From assembly GCA_913056395.1 (NCBI GenBank), contig CAJXMG010000006.1, positions 34,408 through 98,407 on the forward strand: 64,000 bases of DNA, written 5' to 3'. The position numbers and the translations under genes were made by a program. Origin of the DNA: an uncultured bacterium (GTDB taxonomy: Bacteria > Planctomycetota > UBA8108 > UBA1146). Of this stretch, positions 28,351-38,149 are shown one piece after another. Each line of letters opens with the position of its first letter. The first letter of the stretch is position 1. Under the pieces are notes generated by a model. It was not told where the DNA came from. It saw only the letters and a program-made list of their open reading frames with translations, and made no database searches.

Positions 28351-30114
28351 ATGACTCAGCAACGCATCGAACTCTGGAATCAACCGAGCCGAAGGCTCCA
28401 GTCCACCCCCAGCCCATGTCTGTTCACGACCCTCTTCACCCTGATTCTTCTGGCAATGAGCGGCTGTACACGAACTTCCAACACCCCGACAACAGCACCC
28501 TTTTTATTTACTCAATTGGCCCCTTCCACCAAAGATGTCATCCAGCAACTGAACGGCTCAGATCCCCCTCAATGGATCGTGGACGTCAAGTCCACGGGCA
28601 TGGCTCTTCTGGACATGACTGGTGACGAAGATTTGGCTCTATTGCTGACCTGCGGGTCCAACCTAGAGCGCTGGAATCAGAATGAGCAAGGTTTCTCCCC
28701 ATTGCTCTATCGCATCGATGATCGATTGGATTTGGATCCCATCGCTGACAGCGCAGGTATTCCTGCTCTGAAGTGGACTTCCGGATGTGCTGCCACAGAT
28801 CTGGACGGCGACGGTGACGACGATCTATTGCTGACTGGTATCGAAGGATCATTGTTGCTCAGAAATGACAATGGAACCTTTGTCCCTATCCACGATTCTG
28901 GAATCGTCACGAATTCCTGGTGCACCAGCGCCGCATTTGGGGACCTCGATCTGGACGGGGATCTCGATCTGTTTATCTGCCGCTATCTGGATTTCCCATT
29001 CGACTCCCCTCCCGAAAATGGAGACGAATGGTCATGCCTGTGGGAAAACCAACCTGTGCTTTGCGGTCCAAGAGGCTTACCGGCCTCCCGTGATCTGGTA
29101 TTCGAGAATCTGGGAGATTGGAAATTTGTCGATCGCACCGAGGACTGGGGCTTTGGAAACTCCACTCCCGGATATGGTCTCGCAGTGACCATCATCGACC
29201 TCTATGGGGATCCACACCCTGAAATATTCGTGGCAAACGATTCTTGCCCCAACCACCTATGGTCCTGGCAAGCGGACGGAACTTGGCTTGAAGACGGCTT
29301 GCTTTCCGGACTCGGTGTCGATCAGGACGGACAGGAACAGGCGGGAATGGGAATCGCTGTCGCCGGGTTGGATTCCTCTGGCGGACTGGATCTCGCAGTC
29401 ACCAATTTTGAGAGAGAAAGCGTCAATCTCTATCAGAATCAGGGGGATGGAACCTTTCAGGACACCGCCTCCAGAAGCGGTCTTTCTGCTTTAACGAGGT
29501 CTTCACTGGGCTGGGGTCTGGGAATTGCGGACTTTGACCTGAATGGAACTCCTGATCTCTTTATCTGCAATGGACACGTTTACCCCCAGGCCGATCAGGC
29601 TGAAGTCTCCCCTGGATACCGCCAATTGGACCAGTTACTGATGGGAAGCACGACCAAAGAAGGAAATCTTCTATTCAAGGAGATGAGCCAACAGATCGAA
29701 AACCAAACCAGGCATGTGGGAAGATGTCTGATCCTCTCTGATCTGGACCGTGATGGAGACGTGGATGCGATCAGCTCTTCCCTGAATGGATCCCCACAAA
29801 TTTACCGAAACAACATCAATCCCAACAAGGTAAATGGGATTTTCAGCGCAACGGTAAAGCTCCGCCAAAAAGAGCCGAACCTTCATGCAATCGGTTCAAC
29901 GATCCGAATATTGGATACCGCAAACTCGGTCGAGTACCCGGTACTGAGAAACAGTTCCTTTCAATCCACAGGACTTTCAACAGTGACACTGCCATTGAGT
30001 GGTGAAAAGAAACCTCAACTCGTTGAGGTTAAATGGCCCGATGGCTCCAAGGAATTATTCCCTATCAACAAAGGCTATCAGGTACTCGATAAAGGTCGTG
30101 GACAAAAACCCTGA
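28351..30114 (+). CDS. CRTAC1-family secreted protein (FG-GAP/VCBS repeats plus C-terminal ASPIC/UnbV domain).
   Basis: Signal peptide. Repeated DLDGDGDDDLL and FGDLDLDGDLDLF FG-GAP motifs. The C-terminal VEVKWPDGSKELFPINKGYQVL resembles UnbV_ASPIC. Confidence 0.7.
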   Translation: MTQQRIELWNQPSRRLQSTPSPCLFTTLFTLILLAMSGCTRTSNTPTTAPFLFTQLAPSTKDVIQQLNGSDPPQWIVDVKSTGMALLDMTGDEDLALLLTCGSNLERWNQNEQGFSPLLYRIDDRLDLDPIADSAGIPALKWTSGCAATDLDGDGDDDLLLTGIEGSLLLRNDNGTFVPIHDSGIVTNSWCTSAAFGDLDLDGDLDLFICRYLDFPFDSPPENGDEWSCLWENQPVLCGPRGLPASRDLVFENLGDWKFVDRTEDWGFGNSTPGYGLAVTIIDLYGDPHPEIFVANDSCPNHLWSWQADGTWLEDGLLSGLGVDQDGQEQAGMGIAVAGLDSSGGLDLAVTNFERESVNLYQNQGDGTFQDTASRSGLSALTRSSLGWGLGIADFDLNGTPDLFICNGHVYPQADQAEVSPGYRQLDQLLMGSTTKEGNLLFKEMSQQIENQTRHVGRCLILSDLDRDGDVDAISSSLNGSPQIYRNNINPNKVNGIFSATVKLRQKEPNLHAIGSTIRILDTANSVEYPVLRNSSFQSTGLSTVTLPLSGEKKPQLVEVKWPDGSKELFPINKGYQVLDKGRGQKP

Positions 30115-30445
30115 CACGCAGGGCTCAAATTTCATTTACCCTGTTTCCCATACATGACTCACGTGACATTTGGCATAGTGAATATGTGCACTCAAGTGAC
30201 TTTCAACACCAACTTTTCCAATATCTAAATTACCCACTTCGCCCCTTGTCTCACGGAGTGAGTCAGGGATCATGAAGAGCGGTATATTTGTTGTTGGACC
30301 AATACACTTTCAGGACAAGCTTTAATCCCAAAAAGGCTTAAACGACGCCCTGAGAGCTTTGGCTCCTAGGAAATTCAAGTAAGGCAAACTGGGCGCATCG
30401 CCCTACTATCTCAGCGAGAAGAATAAACCCACATAAAGGTGTGAT

Positions 30446-33400
30446 ATGAAATATTACATACATTTTTTTGCAGCGTTCGTATTCATTTTTCAAACCAGCT
30501 CAACCCTTCTGGCGGAGAACCACAAGTGGTTGATCAATGAGATCTATTCGAATGCCGATGGAACCATCCAGTTTGTTGAACTGATCGATGACGGAGACGA
30601 TCAGGGTCACATTCTCTCAACAACCACATTGAGTACCTCCATCTCATCCTACAATTTCCCAAACAATCTGCCGACGAATATCAACACCCAAGGCAGAAGT
30701 GTTTTGATCGCTACTGCGGCGTTCGCAGCTCTCCCAGGCGCACCTGCACCCGATTACATCATTCCCGACAATTTCTTGCGGATTTTTGGATCTACATTGG
30801 TTTTCTCGGGATCTGGTGACGAGGTGACATACTCCACCCTGCCAACCGATGGCATCAACTCCATCAATCGCAATGGAGCCCAATCGACAAACAGTCCCAG
30901 AAATTTTTTCAACCAGACCGGCTCTATCACGCCTCCCACGAATGGTCCGGACTGCAATAACAATGGCGTCCCGGATGATTCTGATATCGCTTCCGGTGGG
31001 AGCACCGATTGCAATGGCGATGAAATCCCCGACGAATGTCAGTTGACCGACAATGACTGTGATCAAAACGGTCTCCTCGACGCATGCGAAGGAGACTCAG
31101 ACAATGACGGAGTCTTTGATCCTTGCGACGGTTGCCCGCTGGATCCCCTGGGAAGCGTCGACAGCGATGGAGACTTGATTTGTGATTATGCTGACATCTG
31201 CCCCCAGGGCGATGACCGCATAGACTCCGATGAGGACGGATTCCCTGACGCCTGTGACGTATGCCCTTTCGACCCCCACAATCTTGCCAACCAAAGCACT
31301 CCCTGCTGGGACGGAACTAATGACGAATGTTGGGGTGCTACCGTTGTCGGCCTTGGTCTGACTCCGGTAGACAATACTGCTTCGACCAGTAGTTTCACCG
31401 GAACCTACCCTGTTGACCCATTGATGTGTGCGCAATCCGGCCTCGATACCCTGCGCAATGATATTTGGTTCACCTACACCCCTCCCAGCCATGGCATCGC
31501 CATCTTCACCACTTGCAGTTTGACCACGTACGATACGGAAATGGTCCTCTACACTGGAGATTGCAACAACCTGACTCAGGTTGCCTGCAATGGAGATTCC
31601 GCTGCGAACTGCGATAACTTTACAGCCGAGATTCAATATCCGGTTTCAGGAATGACTCGTTATATGATTCGTCTCGGTGGTTGGAATGGTGAGCTCGGAA
31701 CCGGAAACCTGGAGGTCATCTTCACCAGCTCCAGTGGCGGCTGTGCTCTCACAGGAGACATCGATAATGACGGTGTTTGCGATCCAGATGACATCTGTAA
31801 TGGCTTCAGCGATGCGCTCGATGCTGATGGCGATGGAATCCCCGACGGCTGTGATGCCTGCCCGCTTGATTTCCAGAATGACATCGACGGAGACGGACTT
31901 TGCTCCGATCAGGACCCCTGTCCCATCGACCCCCTTAATGACGGTGACCAGGACGGACTTTGTGCCGATGAAGATCCCTGCCCGTCTTTCCCCTTGAATG
32001 ACGGCCCCGATTTCGACGCCGATGGCCTCTGTGATGAAGCAGACCCGGATGACGACAATGATGGTGTCAGTGACGCTGAGGATCTTGATCCCCTGAACCC
32101 TCTGAGCTGCAGGGATGCAGATCTCGATGGCTGCGATGACTGTGCCAACGGTACTGACGATCCGCTCAATGACGGTACAGACACCGATGCCGATGGGGTT
32201 TGTAATCTTCAGGACGATGATGATGACAATGACGGCATCGCTGACCTCAACGACAGCCATCCTCTGGATCCATTCCTTTGTGGAGATGTCGACATGGATG
32301 GTTGTGATGACTGCACTTCGGGTGTTTCAGATACAACCACCGACGGCACCGATACAGACGGAGACGGAATCTGTGACCTTGCTGATCCGGACCTCGATGG
32401 CGATGGAATTGAAAATACCTGTGATCTGGACCAGACTCCCGGTCAAGATTGTAACGGAGACCTGATCCTTGACGATTGCCAACTGGAGGCAAACGACTGT
32501 GACGGAAACCTGATTCCCGACGATTGCCAGACAGACACGGACGGTGATACCAATCCGGACACCTGTGATTTGGACGACGACGGTGACGGTGTTGAAGACA
32601 CTGCAGACTCTTTCCCGCTCGATCCGCTTCAATGCAGAGACGCGGATGGGGATGGTTGTGACGACTGCACCTCGGGAACCGACAACCCCGCCGCTGACGG
32701 GGCTGACAATGACGCCGATGGCCTCTGCGATCTTGGCGACTCAGACGACGACAATGACGGCGTTGAGGACACTGCTGACTCTGCCCCTCTGGACTCCAGT
32801 CTGTGCAGGGATGCAGACGCGGACGGGTGTGACGACTGCTCCTCCGGTTCAGACAACCCGGCAAATGACGGACTGGACACCGACGGAGATGGGACTTGCG
32901 ACCTCGGTGACGGTGACGACGACAACGATGGCATACCAGACAGTGAAGATATCGACAGCACGAATCCTTTCGTCTGCGGCGATTCGGACGCAGATGGTTG
33001 TGACGACTGCACCTCAGGAACCTTTAACCCTCAAACAGATGGATCGGATACCGACGGTGACGGAGTTTGTGACGCTGCAGACCCCGACCTGGATGGTGAC
33101 GGAATCCCCAATGAGTGTGACCTGGATCAGACGGGCGGAATCGACTGTAACGCAGATCTTCTCGACGACAGTTGCCAACTCGAGGGCAATGACTGCAACG
33201 GAGATGGTATTCCCGACGAGTGCACACTCGCTTCCGACGACTGTAACGGAGACCTGATTCTTGACAGCTGCCAGTTGGATACCGACTCTGACGGCACCAT
33301 CGACAGTTGTGATAACGATGACGACGGTGATGGCCTGGAAGATACTCTCGACAGCCATCCTCTCGATCCCTTCCAGTGTCAAGACTTAGACATGGATGGA

Positions 33401-34999
33401 TGCGACGATTGCAGCAGTGGATCCTTGAATGCGGCAGCGGACGGAGATGACTTCGACGGTGACGGTCTTTGTAATCTTGGAGATTCCGATGATGACAATG
33501 ACGGAGTTGAAGATCAGGCGGATCTTTCACCGCTGAACCCCTTCTCCTGTCGCGATACCGATGGAGATGGCTGTGACGACTGCTCTTCAGGATCGGACTC
33601 ACCCTCTGGTGATGGAGCCGACTTTGACGGTGACGGGCTCTGCGATAGCGGAGACTCTGACGATGACAATGATGGAGTATCCGATTCTCTGGACTCCTCT
33701 CCCTTCGATCCCTTCCTCTGCAGAGACACTGACGCCGATGGTTGTGACGACTGCACCAGTGGAACAGATAACCCCTCAGAAGATGGAACCGATTCGGATG
33801 GTGATGGTCTTTGCGATATCGGAGACAGTGATCTCGACGGAGATGGTATCGACAATGACTGCGATACAGATCTGACCGGTGGAGCTGATTGCCAGTCAGA
33901 CAACATTGACGACAACTGCCAGCTGCAGGCCAATGATTGCAACAGCGACGGCATTCCCGACGATTGTCAACTTGATACGGATCTTGACGGAACCATCGAT
34001 GATTGTGACCTTGACGACGACGGTGACGGAGTGAATGACAGCGAAGATTCATCCAGTCTCGACCCCTTCGCCTGCAGGGATGCAGATGCCGACGGATGCG
34101 ACGATTGCTCCAGCGGAACCGACAATCCTGCGAGTGACGGAGCGGATCTGGACGGTGACGGGCTCTGTGACCTGGGTGACCCGGATGACGACAATGACGG
34201 CGTCATCGATTCCGAAGACGAATTCCCCAATGACAACACCCTTTGCAGAGACGTGGATGCCGACGGTTGTGACGATTGCTCGAGTGGATTTGACAACCCC
34301 GCGAATGATGGACAAGACAGTGATGGTGACGGAAACTGTGACCTCAACGACGAAGACATCGACGGAGATGGCGTCTTGAATTCATGTGATCCAGATCACT
34401 CTGCCGGATCTGATTGTAACTCAAACGGAGTTCTCGATGTTTGTGACATCAACACCGGCACAAGTGATGATTGTGATCTTGACGGAGTTCCCGATTCCTG
34501 TCAGATCAGTTCATCCGCTTCTGCAGACTGCGACAACGATGGTCAACTCGACAGTTGTGAGATTCTCGATGGACTCGATAACGATTGCGACGGAGATGGA
34601 GTCCTCGACTCGTGCGCCCTTTCACAGGGAAGTCCCGATTGCGACCTCAATGGGATCCCCGATTCCTGTGACATCGCTAACGGAGCCCTCGACACCAACT
34701 CAAATCAGATACCGGATACTTGTGAAGGAACCTTCTTCATTCGCGGGGACTCCAACAGTGATGGCCAAGTAGACGTTACCGATGGCATCGTCATCATCTA
34801 CACTGTGTTTGGAATGATGGCACCGCCATGTGGAATGGCGATGGATGTGAATGCGGACAATCTGCTTAATCTTGCAGATCCGATGTTCCTCTTCCAGGCG
34901 ATCTTCAGTGGTGAAACGCAGATCTCTGCCCCATACCCGAACTGCGGGCCAGATCTGAATTCACTGTTGCCTTGCTCAGTGACGACCAACTGTCCCTGA
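30446..34999 (+). CDS. Giant (1517 aa) secreted protein: N-terminal lamin-tail domain (LTD), PPC-like beta-sandwich, about 20 thrombospondin-type-3 Ca-binding repeat units in a higher-order A-A-B pattern, and a C-terminal dockerin-like module.
   Basis: Signal peptide (FAAFVFIFQTSSTLLAEN). LTD signature WLINEIYSNADGTIQFVELID. Long DxDxDGxxDxxD repeat arrays. C-terminus FIRGDSNSDGQVDVTDGIVIIYTVF...NADNLLNLADPMFLFQAIFSGETQISAPYPNCGPD...NCP. Confidence 0.7.
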   Translation: MKYYIHFFAAFVFIFQTSSTLLAENHKWLINEIYSNADGTIQFVELIDDGDDQGHILSTTTLSTSISSYNFPNNLPTNINTQGRSVLIATAAFAALPGAPAPDYIIPDNFLRIFGSTLVFSGSGDEVTYSTLPTDGINSINRNGAQSTNSPRNFFNQTGSITPPTNGPDCNNNGVPDDSDIASGGSTDCNGDEIPDECQLTDNDCDQNGLLDACEGDSDNDGVFDPCDGCPLDPLGSVDSDGDLICDYADICPQGDDRIDSDEDGFPDACDVCPFDPHNLANQSTPCWDGTNDECWGATVVGLGLTPVDNTASTSSFTGTYPVDPLMCAQSGLDTLRNDIWFTYTPPSHGIAIFTTCSLTTYDTEMVLYTGDCNNLTQVACNGDSAANCDNFTAEIQYPVSGMTRYMIRLGGWNGELGTGNLEVIFTSSSGGCALTGDIDNDGVCDPDDICNGFSDALDADGDGIPDGCDACPLDFQNDIDGDGLCSDQDPCPIDPLNDGDQDGLCADEDPCPSFPLNDGPDFDADGLCDEADPDDDNDGVSDAEDLDPLNPLSCRDADLDGCDDCANGTDDPLNDGTDTDADGVCNLQDDDDDNDGIADLNDSHPLDPFLCGDVDMDGCDDCTSGVSDTTTDGTDTDGDGICDLADPDLDGDGIENTCDLDQTPGQDCNGDLILDDCQLEANDCDGNLIPDDCQTDTDGDTNPDTCDLDDDGDGVEDTADSFPLDPLQCRDADGDGCDDCTSGTDNPAADGADNDADGLCDLGDSDDDNDGVEDTADSAPLDSSLCRDADADGCDDCSSGSDNPANDGLDTDGDGTCDLGDGDDDNDGIPDSEDIDSTNPFVCGDSDADGCDDCTSGTFNPQTDGSDTDGDGVCDAADPDLDGDGIPNECDLDQTGGIDCNADLLDDSCQLEGNDCNGDGIPDECTLASDDCNGDLILDSCQLDTDSDGTIDSCDNDDDGDGLEDTLDSHPLDPFQCQDLDMDGCDDCSSGSLNAAADGDDFDGDGLCNLGDSDDDNDGVEDQADLSPLNPFSCRDTDGDGCDDCSSGSDSPSGDGADFDGDGLCDSGDSDDDNDGVSDSLDSSPFDPFLCRDTDADGCDDCTSGTDNPSEDGTDSDGDGLCDIGDSDLDGDGIDNDCDTDLTGGADCQSDNIDDNCQLQANDCNSDGIPDDCQLDTDLDGTIDDCDLDDDGDGVNDSEDSSSLDPFACRDADADGCDDCSSGTDNPASDGADLDGDGLCDLGDPDDDNDGVIDSEDEFPNDNTLCRDVDADGCDDCSSGFDNPANDGQDSDGDGNCDLNDEDIDGDGVLNSCDPDHSAGSDCNSNGVLDVCDINTGTSDDCDLDGVPDSCQISSSASADCDNDGQLDSCEILDGLDNDCDGDGVLDSCALSQGSPDCDLNGIPDSCDIANGALDTNSNQIPDTCEGTFFIRGDSNSDGQVDVTDGIVIIYTVFGMMAPPCGMAMDVNADNLLNLADPMFLFQAIFSGETQISAPYPNCGPDLNSLLPCSVTTNCP
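32078..34440. repeat. Intragenic tandem repeats of ~57-aa unit A and ~115-aa unit B (pattern A-B-A-A-B-A-A-B-A-B) encoding TSP3-like Ca-binding repeats. GAC/GAT-rich DNA.
   Basis: Units such as CRDADADGCDDCSSGTDNPA.DG.D.DGDGLCDLGDSDDDNDGV.D..D recur about 10 times with high DNA similarity. They spawn long antisense ORFs (e.g. 33024..34052, 32247..32864). Confidence 0.65.
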
Positions 35000-35097
35000 T
35001 TGAAGGGAGCAACTGGTCAAACGGGTTTCCGGTGCAATTAGGCATCGGGAACCCGTTTTTTGTACCCAATTCCAGAGAGGCTTCCATAAAACGAAAA

Positions 35098-35130
35098 ACG
35101 CCCGGTGTTTCCACCGGGCGTCCAAACATC
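35098..35130 (-). terminator. Rho-independent terminator downstream of tRNA-Pro (minus strand).
   Basis: Hairpin acgcccggtg-gaaa-caccgggcgt, followed on the minus strand by TTTTCGTTTT. Confidence 0.55.
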
Positions 35131-35133
35131 AAA

Positions 35134-35210
<77 letters not shown>

Positions 35211-36042
35211 AATGGTGGATTTTATCGTCTCTACCAAAGAGTGTGGGTGAAAATGCAGGATTAATCCCTGCATTCCCAATTGGGCTGCGAAATCCACAAT
35301 AGGATTCCGTCAGGAAACGTCCCACATGCTGCCTGACTCGAAGTTGTCAAACCCCAAGTCGATCCGACGGCGGGGTTCAGACGACCTCGACGGGTGCCAT
35401 TTCCCTCATCAGTTCTGCAGTCTCAACAAAGATGGTTTGGTTTTCCCTGTCCCGGAAGAGCCAGCCTTCAACACCATCCTCGCGCCAACTCTCAACCGGA
35501 ACGATTTCATGAACTCTGGCATATTGCAACAGTTGCTCTGACACGTTGATTCCCCCCAAACACTGGACGCAAGCTTGATGGAATCGCCCTCGAAAAAAGG
35601 GCTCCAGAGGCTTGCCATTCCGGTTCTACTCAAACGCACACGCCTTGCGGCACCACAACTTCGGTTTTGATATCCATCCCACCTAAGGCTCAGAAGTCAC
35701 CGTCTGACAACTGTCCCATGGATGAAGTGATCCCCCGACCACCTCTGGAATTCAAAAAGAAGTAGAGACACCCAACTATCTGGTCTTTGAACTTCGGATC
35801 CGTGCATTTCCCGAATCTTCTACACCCAGCCTGCAAACACATATCCTAAAAGGAACCGTGGAACTGCAGGCCTGAAGATTCCGTCCACTTCTTCATGTAG
35901 CGATCACGAAGGCAAGACCCGGCTTCTCTTCCACCGGAGATACTCCAATCTGTAGGCGGGGCTGTCAAGTACTGCTGAGAACTGCATTTCCGATCCCCAA
36001 TTCCGTGGTGCCCCAGCACCCCGGGGAGGATATCCTGTAGGC

Positions 36043-37170
36043 ATGAAAAGCCCTTTGCAGCCCTCTGGTCATCCGGGACCCAAATGTCCCCAACCTCAGC
36101 GAATTCACCCTCGCCTGCAGGCTGGGCGGAGGCGGATTCTTGGTTTTCTCCTTCTGCAAGGGGTTGCCGAAGGATTGCTGATCGCTGTGCCAATTCTCGC
36201 CCTGATCTCATTGGTGGCATTCCAGACCTCTCCCTTACAGTTTCCAGAGCCTATTTCGGGAGTCATCGCTGTCTCTCTCAGTGTTTTTCTGGGGATGGCT
36301 CAGCGCTGGTTTACGAGAGGTGGTCAATGGGCCCGGATCTGGGACCGTTGCCAGAGCAATGACAATCTGGTCGAAACCCTGTGTTTTCTCGGCCAACAAC
36401 CTCCTCTCGCTGACGACTGGCAAACCGCGCTCCTTGATCAGGCCGACTCTCTCGAGCCCCCCTCTTTGAAGGAACTTCGGCGGGTTCTGACCCCGGCCGG
36501 CATCTCCCCTTCCCGGGGGCCCGCCCTGACTGCTCTGATCCTGATCGTCTCCTGGTTCTTTTTTCTGACATCACAAGCCCCGGGCAGACTTCCTGTGGAG
36601 CCTGCAGAGATTCCCCTGGCGAGCAGTTCCGGCCAAACCGGGAAAACCAGCGATACTCCCGAGCAGGTTGGGGATGCTCCCACATCTGAAAATCCACCCA
36701 CGGAGCCACTGTCCAACCCCTCTCCCCTGAGTGATACGGACTCCACCACCGGCGAATCAGACTCCGGCAGTCCACTTGAGGCAGTTCCTTCCGATTCCCC
36801 GACAATCGCCATTCCTCTGGAAGCCGCCCTCTCGGAATTTGCCTCAGAGAATTCACTACCCGGCAATCCTTCCGAAGCCACCCTTCGAAATGATCTCGCG
36901 GCGTCGGGGGGAGAAGACGAGGGCTCGATTGAAAACACAGTTCCAGCACAAAGAAGCACGGCAAGTCTGGAATCACTGACTGTCAATTCCGGAACAGGTT
37001 CCGGAGTACAAGTCCCTGCTGAGGAGTCCGACTCCCGTGAAGCAACCCTCGAAATTCCGACGGCAGAGCCCCGTACAGGGCCTGCGAACCTGCCTCCCCA
37101 TTGGCAGAAGCTGGTCGATCGGTACATGGAACTCCGTGATCGCACCCCCTCCGGTGCTGGAAGGCGATGA
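36043..37170 (+). CDS. Hypothetical membrane protein: N-terminal transmembrane segments plus an acidic Pro/Ser/Thr/Glu-rich low-complexity C-terminal half. First gene of the MoxR operon.
   Basis: 375-aa ORF with hydrophobic helices (LLIAVPILALISLVAF, ALILIVSWFFFLTS). Its stop overlaps the moxR start (ATGAGATGA). The low-complexity tail reduces confidence. Confidence 0.4.
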   Translation: MKSPLQPSGHPGPKCPQPQRIHPRLQAGRRRILGFLLLQGVAEGLLIAVPILALISLVAFQTSPLQFPEPISGVIAVSLSVFLGMAQRWFTRGGQWARIWDRCQSNDNLVETLCFLGQQPPLADDWQTALLDQADSLEPPSLKELRRVLTPAGISPSRGPALTALILIVSWFFFLTSQAPGRLPVEPAEIPLASSSGQTGKTSDTPEQVGDAPTSENPPTEPLSNPSPLSDTDSTTGESDSGSPLEAVPSDSPTIAIPLEAALSEFASENSLPGNPSEATLRNDLAASGGEDEGSIENTVPAQRSTASLESLTVNSGTGSGVQVPAEESDSREATLEIPTAEPRTGPANLPPHWQKLVDRYMELRDRTPSGAGRR

Positions 37171-37171
37171 G

Positions 37172-38146
37172 ATGAGCGTGGAAGCGGAGATCGATACTTT
37201 TCGGCAGTGGGATGAAAAACTGCAAATTGCCATCCGTGAACAGATCCTTGGACAGGATGCCGCCATCGAGGCAAGCCTCTGCACTCTTCTCGCAGGCGGA
37301 CACCTCCTTCTCGTCGGCGTTCCCGGTACGGGAAAAACCCGACTGGCAGAATGTCTTTCACAGGGATTGGGATTGCCGAAGGGGCGCATCCAGTTCACTC
37401 CGGATCTCCTTCCTGCAGATATTCTGGGAGCAGAGACGCTGATCAGTGGTCCCCAGGGAGATCGGGTCGAGTTCCGCAAAGGTCCGATTTTTCATCCGCT
37501 GATCGTTGCCGACGAAATCAACCGGGGAACACCTCGAACACAGTCCGCACTGCTCGAAGCAATGCAGGAAGGTCAAGTCACCCTTGCCGGGGAGAGATAT
37601 CCGCTCGATCCAAACTTCAGTGTGATCGCCACCCGAAACCCGATCGAAATGGAGGGAACCTATCCCCTCCCGGAAGCGCAAAGAGATCGATTCATGATGG
37701 AAGTCCTGCTGCCTCCTCCGGAAGCAAGTGTTCTGGGCAAAATCGCCAGATTGACCACCGGTTCCTCTGACACGGAAATCCTGAGTGGCTTCGAGTCGAA
37801 TACCTTCGAGGAATTGCGGGCTACTGTACGCAAAGTCATCGCTGCAGATGCCATCGTCGATCGAGCGGCACGCTGGGTTGCTGCCAGCCGCCCGGAAGAC
37901 CCAACAGCACCCCCATCGATTCGTGAGTGCCTGCGACTCGGTGGTGGAGCGAGGGCTTTGCAGGCCCTGATTCTGTGTGGAAAAGTTGAAGCCTTGCGAT
38001 CGGGTCGCAGTCATCTGGCTGACAGCGATTGGCAGAAATGGCGAGAGCCGATTTTGCGCCACCGACTCGTCTACAGCCTGGAGGGTGAACTCAGAGGCTG
38101 GAACAGCACCGATGTCGTCGCCGCCCTGGATGAAGCGGTGAGCTGA
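37172..38146 (+). CDS. MoxR-family AAA+ ATPase.
   Basis: Walker A GVPGTGKT, ADEINR and RNPIEMEGTYPLPEAQRDRF match the MoxR signature. The start was moved to ATG 37172; the ORF-track start 37037 is embedded in the upstream gene. Confidence 0.85.
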   Translation: MSVEAEIDTFRQWDEKLQIAIREQILGQDAAIEASLCTLLAGGHLLLVGVPGTGKTRLAECLSQGLGLPKGRIQFTPDLLPADILGAETLISGPQGDRVEFRKGPIFHPLIVADEINRGTPRTQSALLEAMQEGQVTLAGERYPLDPNFSVIATRNPIEMEGTYPLPEAQRDRFMMEVLLPPPEASVLGKIARLTTGSSDTEILSGFESNTFEELRATVRKVIAADAIVDRAARWVAASRPEDPTAPPSIRECLRLGGGARALQALILCGKVEALRSGRSHLADSDWQKWREPILRHRLVYSLEGELRGWNSTDVVAALDEAVS

Positions 38147-38149
38147 AAG

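Noticed and set aside
31097-34359. Multiple long minus-strand ORFs inside the giant TSP3-repeat gene (e.g. 33024..34052 with 342 aa, 32247..32864, 31646..32260, 33514..33954, 33967..34359).
   Set aside because: They arise from GAC/GAT-rich repeat DNA read antisense. They give His/Arg/Ser-rich low-complexity translations that mirror the sense-strand repeat periodicity. They are not genes.
35377-35559. 60-aa minus ORF (…QYARVHEIVPVESWREDGVEGWLFRDRENQTIFVETAELMREMAPVEVV) in the spacer after tRNA-Pro.
   Set aside because: It is protein-like at first glance but starts with TTG, has no RBS I could see, has no recognisable family, and sits in a region with overlapping equally weak ORFs on both strands. 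It is kept only as a remark in the spacer finding.
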